Source of the DNA: a virus
Reading direction: 5' to 3' (one strand)
Length of the DNA stretch: 64,000 nt
Virus record (IMG/VR): IMGVR_UViG_3300020203_000404
Location: 87,811 to 151,810 of that record
Every line of letters starts with the position of its first letter. Positions within the stretch are counted from its first letter, which is position 1. Both the position numbers and the translations under genes were made by a program. Shown one piece after another: positions 30,663 through 41,073 of this stretch. The notes under the pieces were generated by a model. It had not been told where the DNA came from, searched no databases, and saw only the letters and a list, made by a program, of their open reading frames with translations.

Positions 30663-31259
30663 TTAGCGTGCGAACTCGAACGTCACCGTTTCGCTTACGT
30701 TTGATAGCCCGCCTAGGCTTTGCATTGTTTGCCATAATAGTTTATCGTGATTATCTGATGGCTGCCAGCCATCAGTGAGTTGAAAAAGTGCTCGCGTGTG
30801 TGCCATGCCAACCGTCAAGATATCCGTACTGTTTGTTTGGCCCACTCTACGATTGACCTGTTTCGAGCGTGGAGATTTACGTCTCCATGAAAATGAGCGT
30901 CCAACAGTTCTTAACATAGTTGCTTGAGGATTCTCCTCAAGCATGCTTGAAAAAGTAGAAAGATGGTTGTGCAGCCACACGTCGTCGTCGTCGATGTACG
31001 CAATCCAGGGATTAGAACCTAACGCCGCACCTTTATTGCGAGCCCAGGCACCGAAGTCTTCGTGACAGGGCACGTCTGAGTTAACGACCTTCACTTGTGG
31101 ACTATCGACAATGTGCTCTAGGCGTGACATACCGTCACACACTATCCAAAGACACCAGTCTTTATAATCTTGATGTAGGACTGATTCGACAGCTTGAAAC
31201 AGGCTGAGCCTGCCGACTGACGGCAGGATAATGTCAAACTTCACTTGAGAGGTCTCCAC
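30663..31259 (-). CDS. GT2 family glycosyltransferase
   Basis: AVESVLHQ, ARNKG, AYIDDDD. Confidence 0.85.
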   Translation of the reverse strand: METSQVKFDIILPSVGRLSLFQAVESVLHQDYKDWCLWIVCDGMSRLEHIVDSPQVKVVNSDVPCHEDFGAWARNKGAALGSNPWIAYIDDDDVWLHNHLSTFSSMLEENPQATMLRTVGRSFSWRRKSPRSKQVNRRVGQTNSTDILTVGMAHTRALFQLTDGWQPSDNHDKLLWQTMQSLGGLSNVSETVTFEFAR

Positions 31260-31726
31260 ACAAACTTATTTACAGGTATTTTATATGACATCTTGGAGCC
31301 AAAACCTGTCCACGGAATAATCTTGCATGTATCTATAATGTCTTGGAGGGCCGCAGGCTTGAGCATCGTATAGCGTGGTACGTCTTCATTAGATCCATTG
31401 ATCATCAGGATGATTGCACCATCACGCAGGTATGACTTTACTTGAGAAGCTTTCAAGTGAAAGAACTTATCCAGTAGTGGCTTTGAAAACTTGACTTCGA
31501 CTTTACCATAACCCTCAACATTAAAGTCGGGATCCATGGACACTTCTTTGTCTGTCAGTAGCTCGCCAGTTTGACCGCAGCCGGTATCAGTATACTTTGG
31601 CCGAACGCCACTGGTGCGTTCGACCAAATCTAGCCACATAATGAACAACGCACGCTCTTCTTTCGTCCTAGACTTAATGTCCTTCTTGAACTGATCTTCG
31701 GAACGACTATCATAGCGGTAATTCAT
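31241..31726 (-). CDS. Putative PD-(D/E)XK nuclease
   Basis: DPDF...VEVK. Confidence 0.45.
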   Translation of the reverse strand: MNYRYDSRSEDQFKKDIKSRTKEERALFIMWLDLVERTSGVRPKYTDTGCGQTGELLTDKEVSMDPDFNVEGYGKVEVKFSKPLLDKFFHLKASQVKSYLRDGAIILMINGSNEDVPRYTMLKPAALQDIIDTCKIIPWTGFGSKMSYKIPVNKFVWRPLK

Positions 31727-31787
31727 TTTTATAGCTTCAAAGGTGTTCTTGGTCTAGCGATGTCGCCACAAGAAGCTGTATCGTCCA

Positions 31788-32387
31788 TTACTTCACAAGT
31801 CTTTCAATGACATCCGGCTGAGACAAGACCTTGCGGAATTTGTGCAGCACTTGAAAACAACAATGAGAATCATATAGAGCAGCGTGGAACTTACTCTTGC
31901 CAAGATAGCTCATGTCGATTTTGAGAGCCTTCACTGTCTGCGACAGACTTGCTCCACTCTTGATTGCTTCACTGCCAGCAAACAATCGGATGAGGGGCAT
32001 AGAGTCAACGTAACGGTACGTGAAGTTGGCTTCAAATTGTTGAGGCTCGATACCATAAATACCATACGCCAACATTCGTATATCGAATGCTATATTGTGA
32101 CCGCCCATGATCTGAGCACCATTATCGTGCCACATGTCTACGAATTTACTCTGGATTACTTCCGTTGTTTCCCCTTCTGAGAAGGCTTGTGACGGAGTAA
32201 TGCCATGAATTTCGATGGCCTTTGGCGTAAACTTATAGTCTTCAATAGACGGCAGCTTATGCAGAGATTCAAACTGAGAAATAATCTCGCCAGTTTCAAG
32301 ATCGCCAACAAGAGCACCAACCGAGAACACTGAGTGTACCTTGGAATCTAATCCGCCCGATTCACTGTCAAACACCATGATTCGCAT
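31788..32387 (-). CDS. DEDDh 3'-5' exonuclease
   Basis: FDSESGG, GHNIAFD, HAALYD. Confidence 0.88.
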   Translation of the reverse strand: MRIMVFDSESGGLDSKVHSVFSVGALVGDLETGEIISQFESLHKLPSIEDYKFTPKAIEIHGITPSQAFSEGETTEVIQSKFVDMWHDNGAQIMGGHNIAFDIRMLAYGIYGIEPQQFEANFTYRYVDSMPLIRLFAGSEAIKSGASLSQTVKALKIDMSYLGKSKFHAALYDSHCCFQVLHKFRKVLSQPDVIERLVK

Positions 32388-32506
32388 TTTTATTCCTCAT
32401 CTTTTCGTAATATTTTCTTTTAGTCGCCTGAACGCAAATGACTCCAGCACCCATTAGGTTCTATTCGAACCTTCTGCATGAATCGTACTGGAATTGATTT
32501 TTCATT

Positions 32507-32944
32507 TTACGATACGCATTGTGTATTAACTGCCTTCACGGCTTCGTCAAACATACCAACGATCTTTGCCCACTGATCGTCGCGTGCCATCGGGCAACGG
32601 AAGGCAACATTGCCAAGCTTGTCAACATTCGAAAACGTCGGGTCCGTACAAGCGTGTTCGGGCTTGAATACCTTGCGGAATTCACGCACAACTGCACGAG
32701 CATCTACCTTGTCCGACAGGTGCTCCACGACGCCGACAAACTTGACGTTGTTATTGCCTTCAATCGTACTCACAACACGTTGAGCCAGAATGTGGCGGGC
32801 CAACTTGCGGTTGAAGCAGTCGCCAGCACGCACGAAGCCGACTGACATATAGGCGACGCTAGCAATCACTGCGACGCCAACACTGATGCCGTCAGCAGGA
32901 CGGTGAGAAAATGCCATCGAATCAATCAATTCAACGATCTTCAT
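32507..32944 (-). CDS. Hypothetical phage protein
   Basis: DCFNRKLAR segment; ORF in operon. Confidence 0.55.
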   Translation of the reverse strand: MKIVELIDSMAFSHRPADGISVGVAVIASVAYMSVGFVRAGDCFNRKLARHILAQRVVSTIEGNNNVKFVGVVEHLSDKVDARAVVREFRKVFKPEHACTDPTFSNVDKLGNVAFRCPMARDDQWAKIVGMFDEAVKAVNTQCVS

Positions 32945-33128
32945 TTGAAATGTTTCCTTGTACTTTTTGCACAGGTGGTTGGACTTGGCTGAGAACAGAC
33001 AAGGCCAGGAAAAGGTTAACGGTAACTCCGATTGGAGCACCGACGTTAGTTGTACGAAGGGCAGCCATTAAAATGCGTGCCTCATCCCCGGACAGTGCGA
33101 TATTGGGTTCGTGTTGTGTATCAGTCAT
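32931..33128 (-). CDS. Hypothetical protein
   Basis: Coupled small ORF. Confidence 0.45.
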   Translation of the reverse strand: MTDTQHEPNIALSGDEARILMAALRTTNVGAPIGVTVNLFLALSVLSQVQPPVQKVQGNISNEDR

Positions 33129-33846
33129 TGATCAAACCATATTTTTTCAAGACGGAGCGTAGATAGTTTTCAAGGTCATCGAATGAACCATTGTTCTGGT
33201 ACGTGTTCTCAAACACTTCGTTATCTAGGGCCGTTTCACTTGCGTGATTATCTTTAAAGCCCGTAGACCTCTCCAGTCTAATGATGACGCCGCCCGCCTC
33301 TTCTGTCACGCTCTTTTCGTTAGGAAAGCGACAGTCCGTTATGATTACTACGTCAGTGCCCCAATCGCGGTTAAATGGAGCTTTAGCCCATACTGGATCG
33401 TAAATCGCACGAAAGATGTCAGTACCCATCACTTGAAGCACTTCACGATTAGTCATGGCACCAGTTCGCGGCAGTAGTTTACCATCAAGTGGGTCAATTT
33501 CTATACTATATTTCAAGCGAACGTCGAGAGTGAATCCATCCCATAGAATGGGGGAGCGTTCGTTCTTTTGTACGTCAGTGCCGTAGACTTCCGCAGAACT
33601 CAAGCCCAAGATGTCAATGCACATATTCTTGAGAGGGTCGGCGAACGAAGTAATGACTACGCGTTTTCCGGTTGTTTCAAGTATTTTTTTGATAAACATA
33701 GCTGAGCTATCTTTACCAACTTGTTTCTTACCTGACAGTGCAATGAACACTGGAGAGGCATGGGGGGTCTTTTTAGTCATGTCTTCTAGTCCTACTGTTA
33801 GAGTATCGTGTGGTGTACCATAGTCTACTTCATCAAACCAATTCAT
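33121..33846 (-). CDS. Deoxynucleoside monophosphate kinase
   Basis: SGKKQVGKD, FADPLK, REVLQVMGT, ITDCRFPNE, HASE. Confidence 0.9.
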   Translation of the reverse strand: MNWFDEVDYGTPHDTLTVGLEDMTKKTPHASPVFIALSGKKQVGKDSSAMFIKKILETTGKRVVITSFADPLKNMCIDILGLSSAEVYGTDVQKNERSPILWDGFTLDVRLKYSIEIDPLDGKLLPRTGAMTNREVLQVMGTDIFRAIYDPVWAKAPFNRDWGTDVVIITDCRFPNEKSVTEEAGGVIIRLERSTGFKDNHASETALDNEVFENTYQNNGSFDDLENYLRSVLKKYGLIND

Positions 33847-33880
33847 GCGTGCATCAATCTTGAAAAAACTGTAGGTGTCT

Positions 33881-34363
33881 TTAGTACTCCCCTAAGATAC
33901 CCTTCACGACGTACAGGGCGTCTGCGATATTGGTCGTGCGAAACTGACAGCATTCGGTGACAAATGCATGTTCGTGTGTATTGCCAGTCTCTTCAATGAT
34001 TAAGATGATAGGAATATCTCGGGCATTGGCCCAGCCGACTTCTACCATTGATCCAATAGAAACTCTTTTCGAGCCAAGTAAATTGAGAATCATGACATCA
34101 GTATTGAGACAATAAAACCTGTCACGAGTCACAACACCAGTCGGCGTACTCATGGCACGCACCGCACACTCAAGTCCAGGTACGATTTCACAATCAGTTA
34201 ATAGACCTTTGTGATGACGTAGATGCACCGCTGAACTGAGCGGGCTAATGGCCTTGATGCCTGATTTAGCAAGCTCTTCTTGTGCGTCTTGACGCCATTC
34301 TGTAGCTTCGTCATACGTGAGACCACTGATTGGACCAGCCAAGTATACCGTTTTATTTACCAT
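33881..34363 (-). CDS. Nucleoside 2-deoxyribosyltransferase-like protein
   Basis: VYLAGPI, SIGSMVEVGWA. Confidence 0.8.
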   Translation of the reverse strand: MVNKTVYLAGPISGLTYDEATEWRQDAQEELAKSGIKAISPLSSAVHLRHHKGLLTDCEIVPGLECAVRAMSTPTGVVTRDRFYCLNTDVMILNLLGSKRVSIGSMVEVGWANARDIPIILIIEETGNTHEHAFVTECCQFRTTNIADALYVVKGILGEY

Positions 34364-34394
34364 GTAGCTTTCTTAATGAGGTTGCTTAGTTTAC

Positions 34395-34568
34395 TTGACA
34401 TGCTCCCCGACCTAAAGGCACGGGGATTCTCCGGCTAGGCGACTTTCGTCGCTGTACGGTTGGCTTGACGTTTCAACACGGGTTGCTCCCAGGGGAGTCT
34501 TACGCCCGCTCCGCGTCCATTTAGCGTCGTGGGCATATCCTGCCCCGACTTGATCAATGTTATCAGCT
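34395..34568 (-). mobile_element. IS200/IS605 remnant: tnpB C-terminal tail + omegaRNA scaffold + right end
   Basis: Minus strand reads ADNIDQVGAGYAHDAKWTRSGRKT, then GAATCCCCGTGCCTTTAGGTCGGGGAGCATGTCAA (right-end hairpin ending TCAA). Confidence 0.75.
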
Positions 34569-34584
34569 GGTAGAAATGTAGTAT

Positions 34585-35646
34585 TCATTCTTGCGTGACG
34601 GGCTTGCCTTTTTCATCCTTAACCTTTTCAAGGACAATTTTCCAGATATTGTCTATCATCTTCTTCTTATCTAATAGACCAAAGACAATACCAGTTAAGG
34701 TCTTGGGCGTGTTTGCCTGGATCCAGAGAGCTTGCGTCTTGCGATCTGCATCAGGGATGCGACCGGCAATATCCTCAGTCTCGATACGCAGCTTGTCGTG
34801 CATAGTCTGCACGTAAGCACGGATGTCGTCGAAGTCCTGTCGAATACCATGAGGCAATTCGCGAAGCGTTACGCCGTATTCCTTGCCACGGATAAGCTCG
34901 ATGACCCCCTTCGGGCTCATGTAATTCAGGAGTCGGTGGACACGCAGGTAGGCCGGTGATTTGACTTTAACACGACGACCGCTCGCAAAGCGAGCGACGT
35001 ATCCCTCGTGGTTATCCTCGAAAGGAATGTCGCCACGTAAGTCCAGATTGTAGCGGCGGGGCCGCTTAAAGCCACACTTTTCTGCGAGTTGGTCAACTCG
35101 CATGGGGTGCCATTCCGTCCCGCCGTGCTCGATGACACCGAGTAGACACAGGAACGTCTCGCCCTTGTAATCTACGACGATTCGGTTCTCTGGATAGATA
35201 ATCTCGAAGATTGGCGTGCAGTCCTTCGGCAGCAATTGCGTAGGATAGTTAGCATTCAAGATCTGAGTGCCCATCTTTGCCTGATTCGACTCCATGCTAC
35301 CGGGGGTCGCCAGTGACCACGACACGTCACCCGTCAAGAAGTATCCGATACCACATGAGCCGTCCACCTTTTCCGTGATCTCGATCTCTTCATCCCACGG
35401 AAGATTCTCCATCATCGTCTCGGAGACTTCTCCGAGGTTGAAGAACTTCGGAAAGGGGCGAGCCACTAACGTTCCATCGGAACGGAAGATGATGCCGCGA
35501 GCCTGACGGTTCGTGTCGTTCCAGAGACCCTGGATGTGGGTGTCCTGGGTGTATTTGAAGATCGCGAGGTCGCCCGTTCGTGAGACGTTGACACGACCTT
35601 CGTCTACCTCGCGAATGAGCTTCTGATAAAGTATGTAGTCTTTCAT
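34585..35646 (-). CDS. T4 Rnl1-like RNA ligase
   Basis: ARGIIF..RPFPKFFN, EKVDGS, FEIIYPENRIVV, EGYV, KVKS. Confidence 0.9.
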   Translation of the reverse strand: MKDYILYQKLIREVDEGRVNVSRTGDLAIFKYTQDTHIQGLWNDTNRQARGIIFRSDGTLVARPFPKFFNLGEVSETMMENLPWDEEIEITEKVDGSCGIGYFLTGDVSWSLATPGSMESNQAKMGTQILNANYPTQLLPKDCTPIFEIIYPENRIVVDYKGETFLCLLGVIEHGGTEWHPMRVDQLAEKCGFKRPRRYNLDLRGDIPFEDNHEGYVARFASGRRVKVKSPAYLRVHRLLNYMSPKGVIELIRGKEYGVTLRELPHGIRQDFDDIRAYVQTMHDKLRIETEDIAGRIPDADRKTQALWIQANTPKTLTGIVFGLLDKKKMIDNIWKIVLEKVKDEKGKPVTQE

Positions 35647-36875
35647 GCGAGTGCCTTTACTCGTGCTTGCTCCATCTTTTGCTTAATGGCTTCGCCATTT
35701 CGTAAATTAGCGAACTGATCGCCCTTCACGCTGCGGAATCTATCCGCAGCGTCTAGCACAGCTTGACGCTGCGGATAGGGCTTGTCATGAAAGTCGGGTC
35801 CACGCCCCTGAGCGTCTGCCTGCGAAGCAAGCGTAACGCATTCAATTAGCGTGTTGCCGTGAGCGGCCCCCAGTCGATCAAGGAGTCGTACCTTTGTCGT
35901 AGACCTCAAGGAATCGAAACGATGGATATTCAGGTGCTCTCGTGACGTAGCCACACCAACATCTCTGAGTGCGTTGGGCACCTTTAAACGATCACAGAAT
36001 TTATGTACCAATGGTATACCCAACGCCTCATGATTGTAATGGTGCGGTAGGTTATCGTCGTCAGTCACGGCCTTTCCTAGATCGTGGACCAATGCAGCAA
36101 ACATCGTGGCGTCATCCGCCCCGAGTTCGCGTGCTCGATCCACGACTAGAAGCGTGTGAACGAATGCGTCACCCTCCGGGTGATGCTTCTCTGGTTGGAC
36201 TCGTCCAGCCAGAGCAGCGATTTCTGGGAACACTTCTGCCAAACATTGGAAGTCTCGAAGTGCCTCAAAGAATACACTCGGCTTGGCCGAACGTAACGCC
36301 TTCATAAGCTCCTCAAAAACACGCTCGCCAGCGAGCGTGGGAAGCTCGAAACGCAAGAATTGGCACATATTCATAAGCTCTTGCGTAGACTGGAATCCGA
36401 GTTGGGCCGCGAACCTTGCGGCACGCAACACACGCAACGGATCCTCAACGAAGTGCTTGCTGACGGGAGCCAGTCTTTTTTCAGCAATTGCCTTACGACC
36501 ACCGAACGGGTCGATAATCTCACCCGTGAACGGTTCCATAGCCATAGCATTAATCGTCAAGTCACGACGGAACAAATCTTGTTCAATCGTGATGCCGCCC
36601 GTATCACAGACGAATCCCGTGTGACCAGCACCGACCTTGCGTTCTGTACGAGCTAGGGCAATTTCGATACCCGCAACGATAACGATAGGAAAATCCTTAC
36701 CTACGGCATCGCCTTCTGGAAAGGCTGCAAGCAACTGCGGCATCGTCAGGCCAATGACGCAAATATCCACGTCATTCGACTCGCGACCCATTACGTGATC
36801 GCGGACGGCCCCACCAACCACAAGGGGGTGGCCACCAACCGCTTGAATGCGGCGGCAAAGCTCAAGATGTTCCAT
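35643..36875 (-). CDS. cca: Multifunctional CCA-adding tRNA nucleotidyltransferase with HD domain
   Basis: VGGAVRD, DVD, RRDLTINA, EDPLRVLR, HHPEGD..HT, HDLGK. Confidence 0.93.
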   Translation of the reverse strand: MEHLELCRRIQAVGGHPLVVGGAVRDHVMGRESNDVDICVIGLTMPQLLAAFPEGDAVGKDFPIVIVAGIEIALARTERKVGAGHTGFVCDTGGITIEQDLFRRDLTINAMAMEPFTGEIIDPFGGRKAIAEKRLAPVSKHFVEDPLRVLRAARFAAQLGFQSTQELMNMCQFLRFELPTLAGERVFEELMKALRSAKPSVFFEALRDFQCLAEVFPEIAALAGRVQPEKHHPEGDAFVHTLLVVDRARELGADDATMFAALVHDLGKAVTDDDNLPHHYNHEALGIPLVHKFCDRLKVPNALRDVGVATSREHLNIHRFDSLRSTTKVRLLDRLGAAHGNTLIECVTLASQADAQGRGPDFHDKPYPQRQAVLDAADRFRSVKGDQFANLRNGEAIKQKMEQARVKALA

Positions 36876-36909
36876 GTGTCATTATACCTTACGTCGTGGA
36901 CGTAGTCAA
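36876..36909 (-). promoter_or_regulatory. sigma70-like leaderless promoter of cca
   Basis: TTGACT-17-TATAAT-5nt-ATG. Confidence 0.75.
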
Positions 36910-37317
36910 CTTCTTTCGCAGATTCATGAGAGCCTTACCCAGAAAATTACTTCCCTTGCCGTTGCAGACTCCCCAAAACGTATCGCCCCAGGTATTACCT
37001 TCGATCAATTCGGCATCGCCAGTGGCGACAAGAGCGTCCTTAAGCACTTCTTCTGAAAATTTACTTACAAGTATATCTTCCATTACAACGATCTTGTCCC
37101 AATTGGGACGTAATACCAGTGCTCTGCCAAGGTGTTTAGAGAGGCTTGCATCCATTAAAGGTTGTGTAAATGCTCGCCTTGCTTCCATGTTCAGGGTCTT
37201 GGCGGCTTGAAAAGCATGTTCGCTAGAAGGATAAATTAGTCCCTCATAACTTACATTACATCTGTAGAAATTACTCAGGAAGGCGTATTCGCCACGAAAT
37301 TGTTCAATTCTTTTCAT
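36889..37317 (-). CDS. NADAR family protein
   Basis: FLSNFY, SEHAFQAAK, EGNTWGDTFWG, NFLGKALM. Confidence 0.92.
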   Translation of the reverse strand: MKRIEQFRGEYAFLSNFYRCNVSYEGLIYPSSEHAFQAAKTLNMEARRAFTQPLMDASLSKHLGRALVLRPNWDKIVVMEDILVSKFSEEVLKDALVATGDAELIEGNTWGDTFWGVCNGKGSNFLGKALMNLRKKLTTSTT

Positions 37318-37597
37318 AACGACTACACTCCGTAACGACATTAAAGACGAGCGGTGATACAATCGACTGACCGGGCTGCGAACGCCAGAAACACACCGAT
37401 CGCACTTTCTGGATGTCAATCGAGATTTGAGAAACTCCGGGACTTTCTGCATTGTCACCGTCGAACGGATTGCCCTGTATCATTTCTGGCTGCATGAAAA
37501 TTTGCACGTCGTTCTCTTGCAACGTCATGCCATGTCTGCACGTCCAGCACCGACTTTGTTGCGGCGTGACATCTTCTTCTTCATCATCGTCATGCAT
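37304..37597 (-). CDS. Hypothetical protein
   Basis: CWTC...C..C. Confidence 0.5.
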   Translation of the reverse strand: MHDDDEEEDVTPQQSRCWTCRHGMTLQENDVQIFMQPEMIQGNPFDGDNAESPGVSQISIDIQKVRSVCFWRSQPGQSIVSPLVFNVVTECSRYEKN

Positions 37598-38006
37598 ATT
37601 CTTGTTCACTTTCAAGCGGCTGATACTTGTTGATTTGCCTTTGAACAATCTCTTTGGTTACACCATGAGTGTTTCGGGACGCGAATAGTTTGGCGTCCCA
37701 CGGACCCTTGATTCGATAAATTGTGACTTCGTAATCAAATTCCTTAGCCATTTGAAGGTACGGAGTTAATTCCCAGCGAGTCATGCTCGTGTTCGACACG
37801 ACCACCAGTTCTTTTTCGCTACTGACAGCTTCACGAACACGACGTTGACAGTCAGCGTGAGCTTGACTCAGCTTATTGGCCTCAAAAACGTACGTGCCGC
37901 TCCGCATAAAGAATTCGTCTGCCTCAAAGTGGAGACCTCCGAGTGCTTTAGCGGCGGTGGACTTGCCTGAGCCACTCGGCCCACGAAAGATGATGAGCTT
38001 CTTCAT
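37590..38006 (-). CDS. P-loop kinase (AAA_33/polynucleotide kinase-like)
   Basis: RGPSGSGKST, EADEFF, VVSNT, RNTHGV. Confidence 0.88.
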   Translation of the reverse strand: MKKLIIFRGPSGSGKSTAAKALGGLHFEADEFFMRSGTYVFEANKLSQAHADCQRRVREAVSSEKELVVVSNTSMTRWELTPYLQMAKEFDYEVTIYRIKGPWDAKLFASRNTHGVTKEIVQRQINKYQPLESEQEYA

Positions 38007-38053
38007 TGCTTTATCATACAACAGGGGCGTGCTCTTGTCAAGCACGCCCCTGT
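38007..38053 (-). promoter_or_regulatory. Leaderless promoter with -35 in a 13-bp hairpin loop
   Basis: TTGACA-17-TATGAT-6nt-ATG; ACAGGGGCGTGCT/AGCACGCCCCTGT arms. Confidence 0.7.
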
Positions 38054-38072
38054 GAAAACTTGATCTAAAGGA

Positions 38073-38444
38073 TCAGAACAGCTTGCCTTCGCTCGTAGCC
38101 GCCTCCACAGGAGGTTCGTCGCTCTTTGGTCCACCACTGACGAAATTGAATCCGCCGAAGCTGTCGAGAATCATTTCAAGCTTAGAACGCTTATCGCCAT
38201 CCTTCGTTTCCCAGCGGTTCTGATGAATAGAGCCCTTTACGATGATCTGTTTACCCTTCGTGCAGTAAACCTTGATCGTATCGACCTGCTTACCAAAGGC
38301 CACACAATCAACGAATGCCGTTTCCTTTTTGTCACCAAATCCGGTGTTCACGGCGATGGTAAAACGAGCCACGTTCTTTTCTGGACCGATGATCTCAGGA
38401 TCAGCCGTCAAATTACCTTGCAAAATCACTACGTTCAAATTCAT
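38073..38444 (-). CDS. ssb: Single-stranded DNA-binding protein
   Basis: NVVILQGNLTADPE, FTIAVN, KGKQI, RWETKDG. Confidence 0.93.
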   Translation of the reverse strand: MNLNVVILQGNLTADPEIIGPEKNVARFTIAVNTGFGDKKETAFVDCVAFGKQVDTIKVYCTKGKQIIVKGSIHQNRWETKDGDKRSKLEMILDSFGGFNFVSGGPKSDEPPVEAATSEGKLF

Positions 38445-38806
38445 ACTACTATTTCCTTGGCTGCGATAGCAGCGATAACTTCTTGTAATGCCCGCTCACG
38501 AGTGAGCGTGCCGTCCTTGTGTCGTTGACATTGTTCACGACTCATGCGAAATCTACGGACCACGCCCGTAGCCGCCTGCACTCTTTCCGAGAAATTTGCG
38601 ATCGTCAAGCCATCGCAAAGATAGACCGAATCAGGAACCTCGGGCTTTCTAGGCTTAAGCTTATCGGCTCCACCAGCCGCAATAAACTCAGCAAATGCCT
38701 GTTCTCGTGTAAACGTACCAGCTTCGATACGTGCGAACTGTTCGTTGCTAACACGAAAACGGAACCCCGTCTTTTCGTGAAAGTTTTCTAACGTTAGATC
38801 ATTCAT
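38441..38806 (-). CDS. Hypothetical protein with an internal duplication
   Basis: Two copies of LT.xNF...RFRxSxEQ..TRExA. Confidence 0.65.
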   Translation of the reverse strand: MNDLTLENFHEKTGFRFRVSNEQFARIEAGTFTREQAFAEFIAAGGADKLKPRKPEVPDSVYLCDGLTIANFSERVQAATGVVRRFRMSREQCQRHKDGTLTRERALQEVIAAIAAKEIVV

Positions 38807-38917
38807 GTTGTGTCTCCATGTAACTATTATGACGGGTTGGGTTTCTAGCGTCTATCTGAAATTCGAATTCGTAGGAAGGGTGATTATAGTCTAAACTTAC
38901 TCAGGGCATTGAGTGTT

Positions 38918-40006
38918 TCACAGATCCTTAGAATCACGGAATACGACACCTACAGGGAAACGGGGAATACCGTCGTCCGTGAGGTCGAAGTAGCGGACGG
39001 TGAGCTTCTTACCGATGTACTTTTTGCGTTCCGCATAAAAGCGGCGACGTTCGTCCATGGTAGCCTTCATCGTGCATTCGAAAAGTCCACCATTACTTTG
39101 ACAGGTCCACACGACGCACGCTGTCATCTTGCCACGACCGTCACGAGCATCGACAACGAGGAATTCGGCATCTTGGAATTCCTTTACCTTTAGAAGCTCA
39201 GAAGAGCGATATCCCCAAAGGTATTGTCCATGACCAAGACGTAGAATTGCACCTTCATAGCCCTCTTGGACGAATAGACCGTACAGAGTCATTAGCTCTG
39301 TGTGTGATGCGACTTTAAAAGTAGGTACACGTTTGACATTTTTGAATTCCGCGATCGAATTCAGCTTGAGTGTACGTTCTTCAAAAGTGAGTGTTTCATC
39401 GCCTTCGTCACAAACCGGCACGTCATAGACGTTGTAGATAATCTGCTCACTGCCGGGCTTCCACTTTTTGACGAGCGAAGTCACCGTTTGGCATGATAGG
39501 CCGTGATAGTAAAGCTCGCCATCAAGAACCATGTTGCGGGGCAACCACTTTTCAAGCTGCTCTTGAACGGGCGGCATCTTGTATGGCTTGCCCGCTCGCG
39601 AGGTCAAAACGACCTTATTACCTTCCCATTCAGCTAAACAGCGAACGCCATCTAGCTTGGGTTGCACGAAAGCTGGGAAAGAGACGTTCTTCTTCTTATC
39701 CTCGTACTTATGAGCTAACATCGGAAGGCGTAACTCCTCCTGAGCCCCTTCCTTCGTCTCACTGTACTTTCTCTCGACTTTAAAGCTCCAGAGTGATTGA
39801 GCCTCCGCCTGGGCTTGTGCATCAGGCGTCGTGGCGTTCGAACGTCCTACGTTCTTCGAGATAGCCTTTTTCAAGCTTTGTTGAAGCTTGCCGCCAACCT
39901 GACCATACTCGGTCATGATCGTGTCGCCTTTGGCCCAAACTCGCCATTGACGAAGATCTCCGCCCTTGGCTTTATGATAAAGAATAGGAAGCTTCATATC
40001 CATCAA
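38918..40006 (-). CDS. ATP-dependent DNA ligase
   Basis: QPKLDGVR, LDGELY, EGAILR, LLKVKEF, PRFPV. Confidence 0.93.
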   Translation of the reverse strand: MMDMKLPILYHKAKGGDLRQWRVWAKGDTIMTEYGQVGGKLQQSLKKAISKNVGRSNATTPDAQAQAEAQSLWSFKVERKYSETKEGAQEELRLPMLAHKYEDKKKNVSFPAFVQPKLDGVRCLAEWEGNKVVLTSRAGKPYKMPPVQEQLEKWLPRNMVLDGELYYHGLSCQTVTSLVKKWKPGSEQIIYNVYDVPVCDEGDETLTFEERTLKLNSIAEFKNVKRVPTFKVASHTELMTLYGLFVQEGYEGAILRLGHGQYLWGYRSSELLKVKEFQDAEFLVVDARDGRGKMTACVVWTCQSNGGLFECTMKATMDERRRFYAERKKYIGKKLTVRYFDLTDDGIPRFPVGVVFRDSKDL

Positions 40007-41073
40007 TGACGCTCGGTTCCGCCCTTACGGGTCAGGTAATCATGACTAATGACCTTGAAAATACGACGCTTCGGATGCGGGTCAAGATCTCCCTTGCCCC
40101 AAGTCTCTTCGTCCATTGGACGGACAACTATACCCTCTTTTATTTGACCGGGCGACAACACACTGTCGCCTTCCGCTAGTTCACACAATTCCTTGAAAGT
40201 GTAAACAGCAGGGTTTATGTGCGGGACGATCGGTAATTCGCATTGAACGCAGATTTCCTTGACGTACGCCCAGGGCAGGTAAGTGCCGTTGATCGCGATG
40301 TCGAAAATACGCCACGCCTTTTCTTTGCCGTAAGTCAAATCCTGTACGCCAGGACCGAAGATCTCGCCGAAGACGAGAATGGAGTCGATGTGTCCTGGTA
40401 CGCTCGTGGTTGTCAGGATATCGTACAAGGTATTCAGGCCCTTATCGTAAAGCTCGAAAGGTAGACCGTAAACTCCGGACTGCTCAATCTTACGTTGCGT
40501 GCGGTGAGTACCAGCAATCCTTTCAAGGTAGTCATTGCCTATCTCGTTCGAGGAACGAACCCAGCCCACGCGGCTATTCGTGCCATGAATCTTTTCCGTC
40601 AGAATCAACGGTGCTCCGTAATTCAATTGATCCGGGAAGTTGCGAAGATTCTGAATATCCGTGTACGTATGTAAGAGCGGATGATTGCGGGCCATCTGTC
40701 CCGGCGACGTACTTTCGGGCTCTTCGTATTTTTCAATGCCAAGATATTCGGCCAGATTCGTTCCAATAGGATCATCACCCGGCACAGGAGCGAGGAAGCC
40801 AAAACTAGGAGCACCGCGTAGCTTCACGGCCTTGACGCGACCCCTAGTGGCGTCTTTGTTCCACGAAAGATAGTCGCGTACACCCCAGGCAATAGCCCGG
40901 TCCTTTGGCACCATAACATCGGGCGGAACATGGACGGCTAGCTGACCGACAACATAATTGCCCTTGCCAGAGACAATCTGCCAACCACCAACTTTCACAA
41001 TTTCAAGCTTATCCGCATTAGGATGCGGATGTACTTCGTCAATCTCCACAACAAGTACAAGAAGATCACTCAT
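40003..41073 (-). CDS. RNA ligase, DRB0094 family
   Basis: HPNADKLE N-terminus, TEKIHGTN, FGEIFG, EGIVVR, KVISHDYL. Confidence 0.9.
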   Translation of the reverse strand: MSDLLVLVVEIDEVHPHPNADKLEIVKVGGWQIVSGKGNYVVGQLAVHVPPDVMVPKDRAIAWGVRDYLSWNKDATRGRVKAVKLRGAPSFGFLAPVPGDDPIGTNLAEYLGIEKYEEPESTSPGQMARNHPLLHTYTDIQNLRNFPDQLNYGAPLILTEKIHGTNSRVGWVRSSNEIGNDYLERIAGTHRTQRKIEQSGVYGLPFELYDKGLNTLYDILTTTSVPGHIDSILVFGEIFGPGVQDLTYGKEKAWRIFDIAINGTYLPWAYVKEICVQCELPIVPHINPAVYTFKELCELAEGDSVLSPGQIKEGIVVRPMDEETWGKGDLDPHPKRRIFKVISHDYLTRKGGTERH

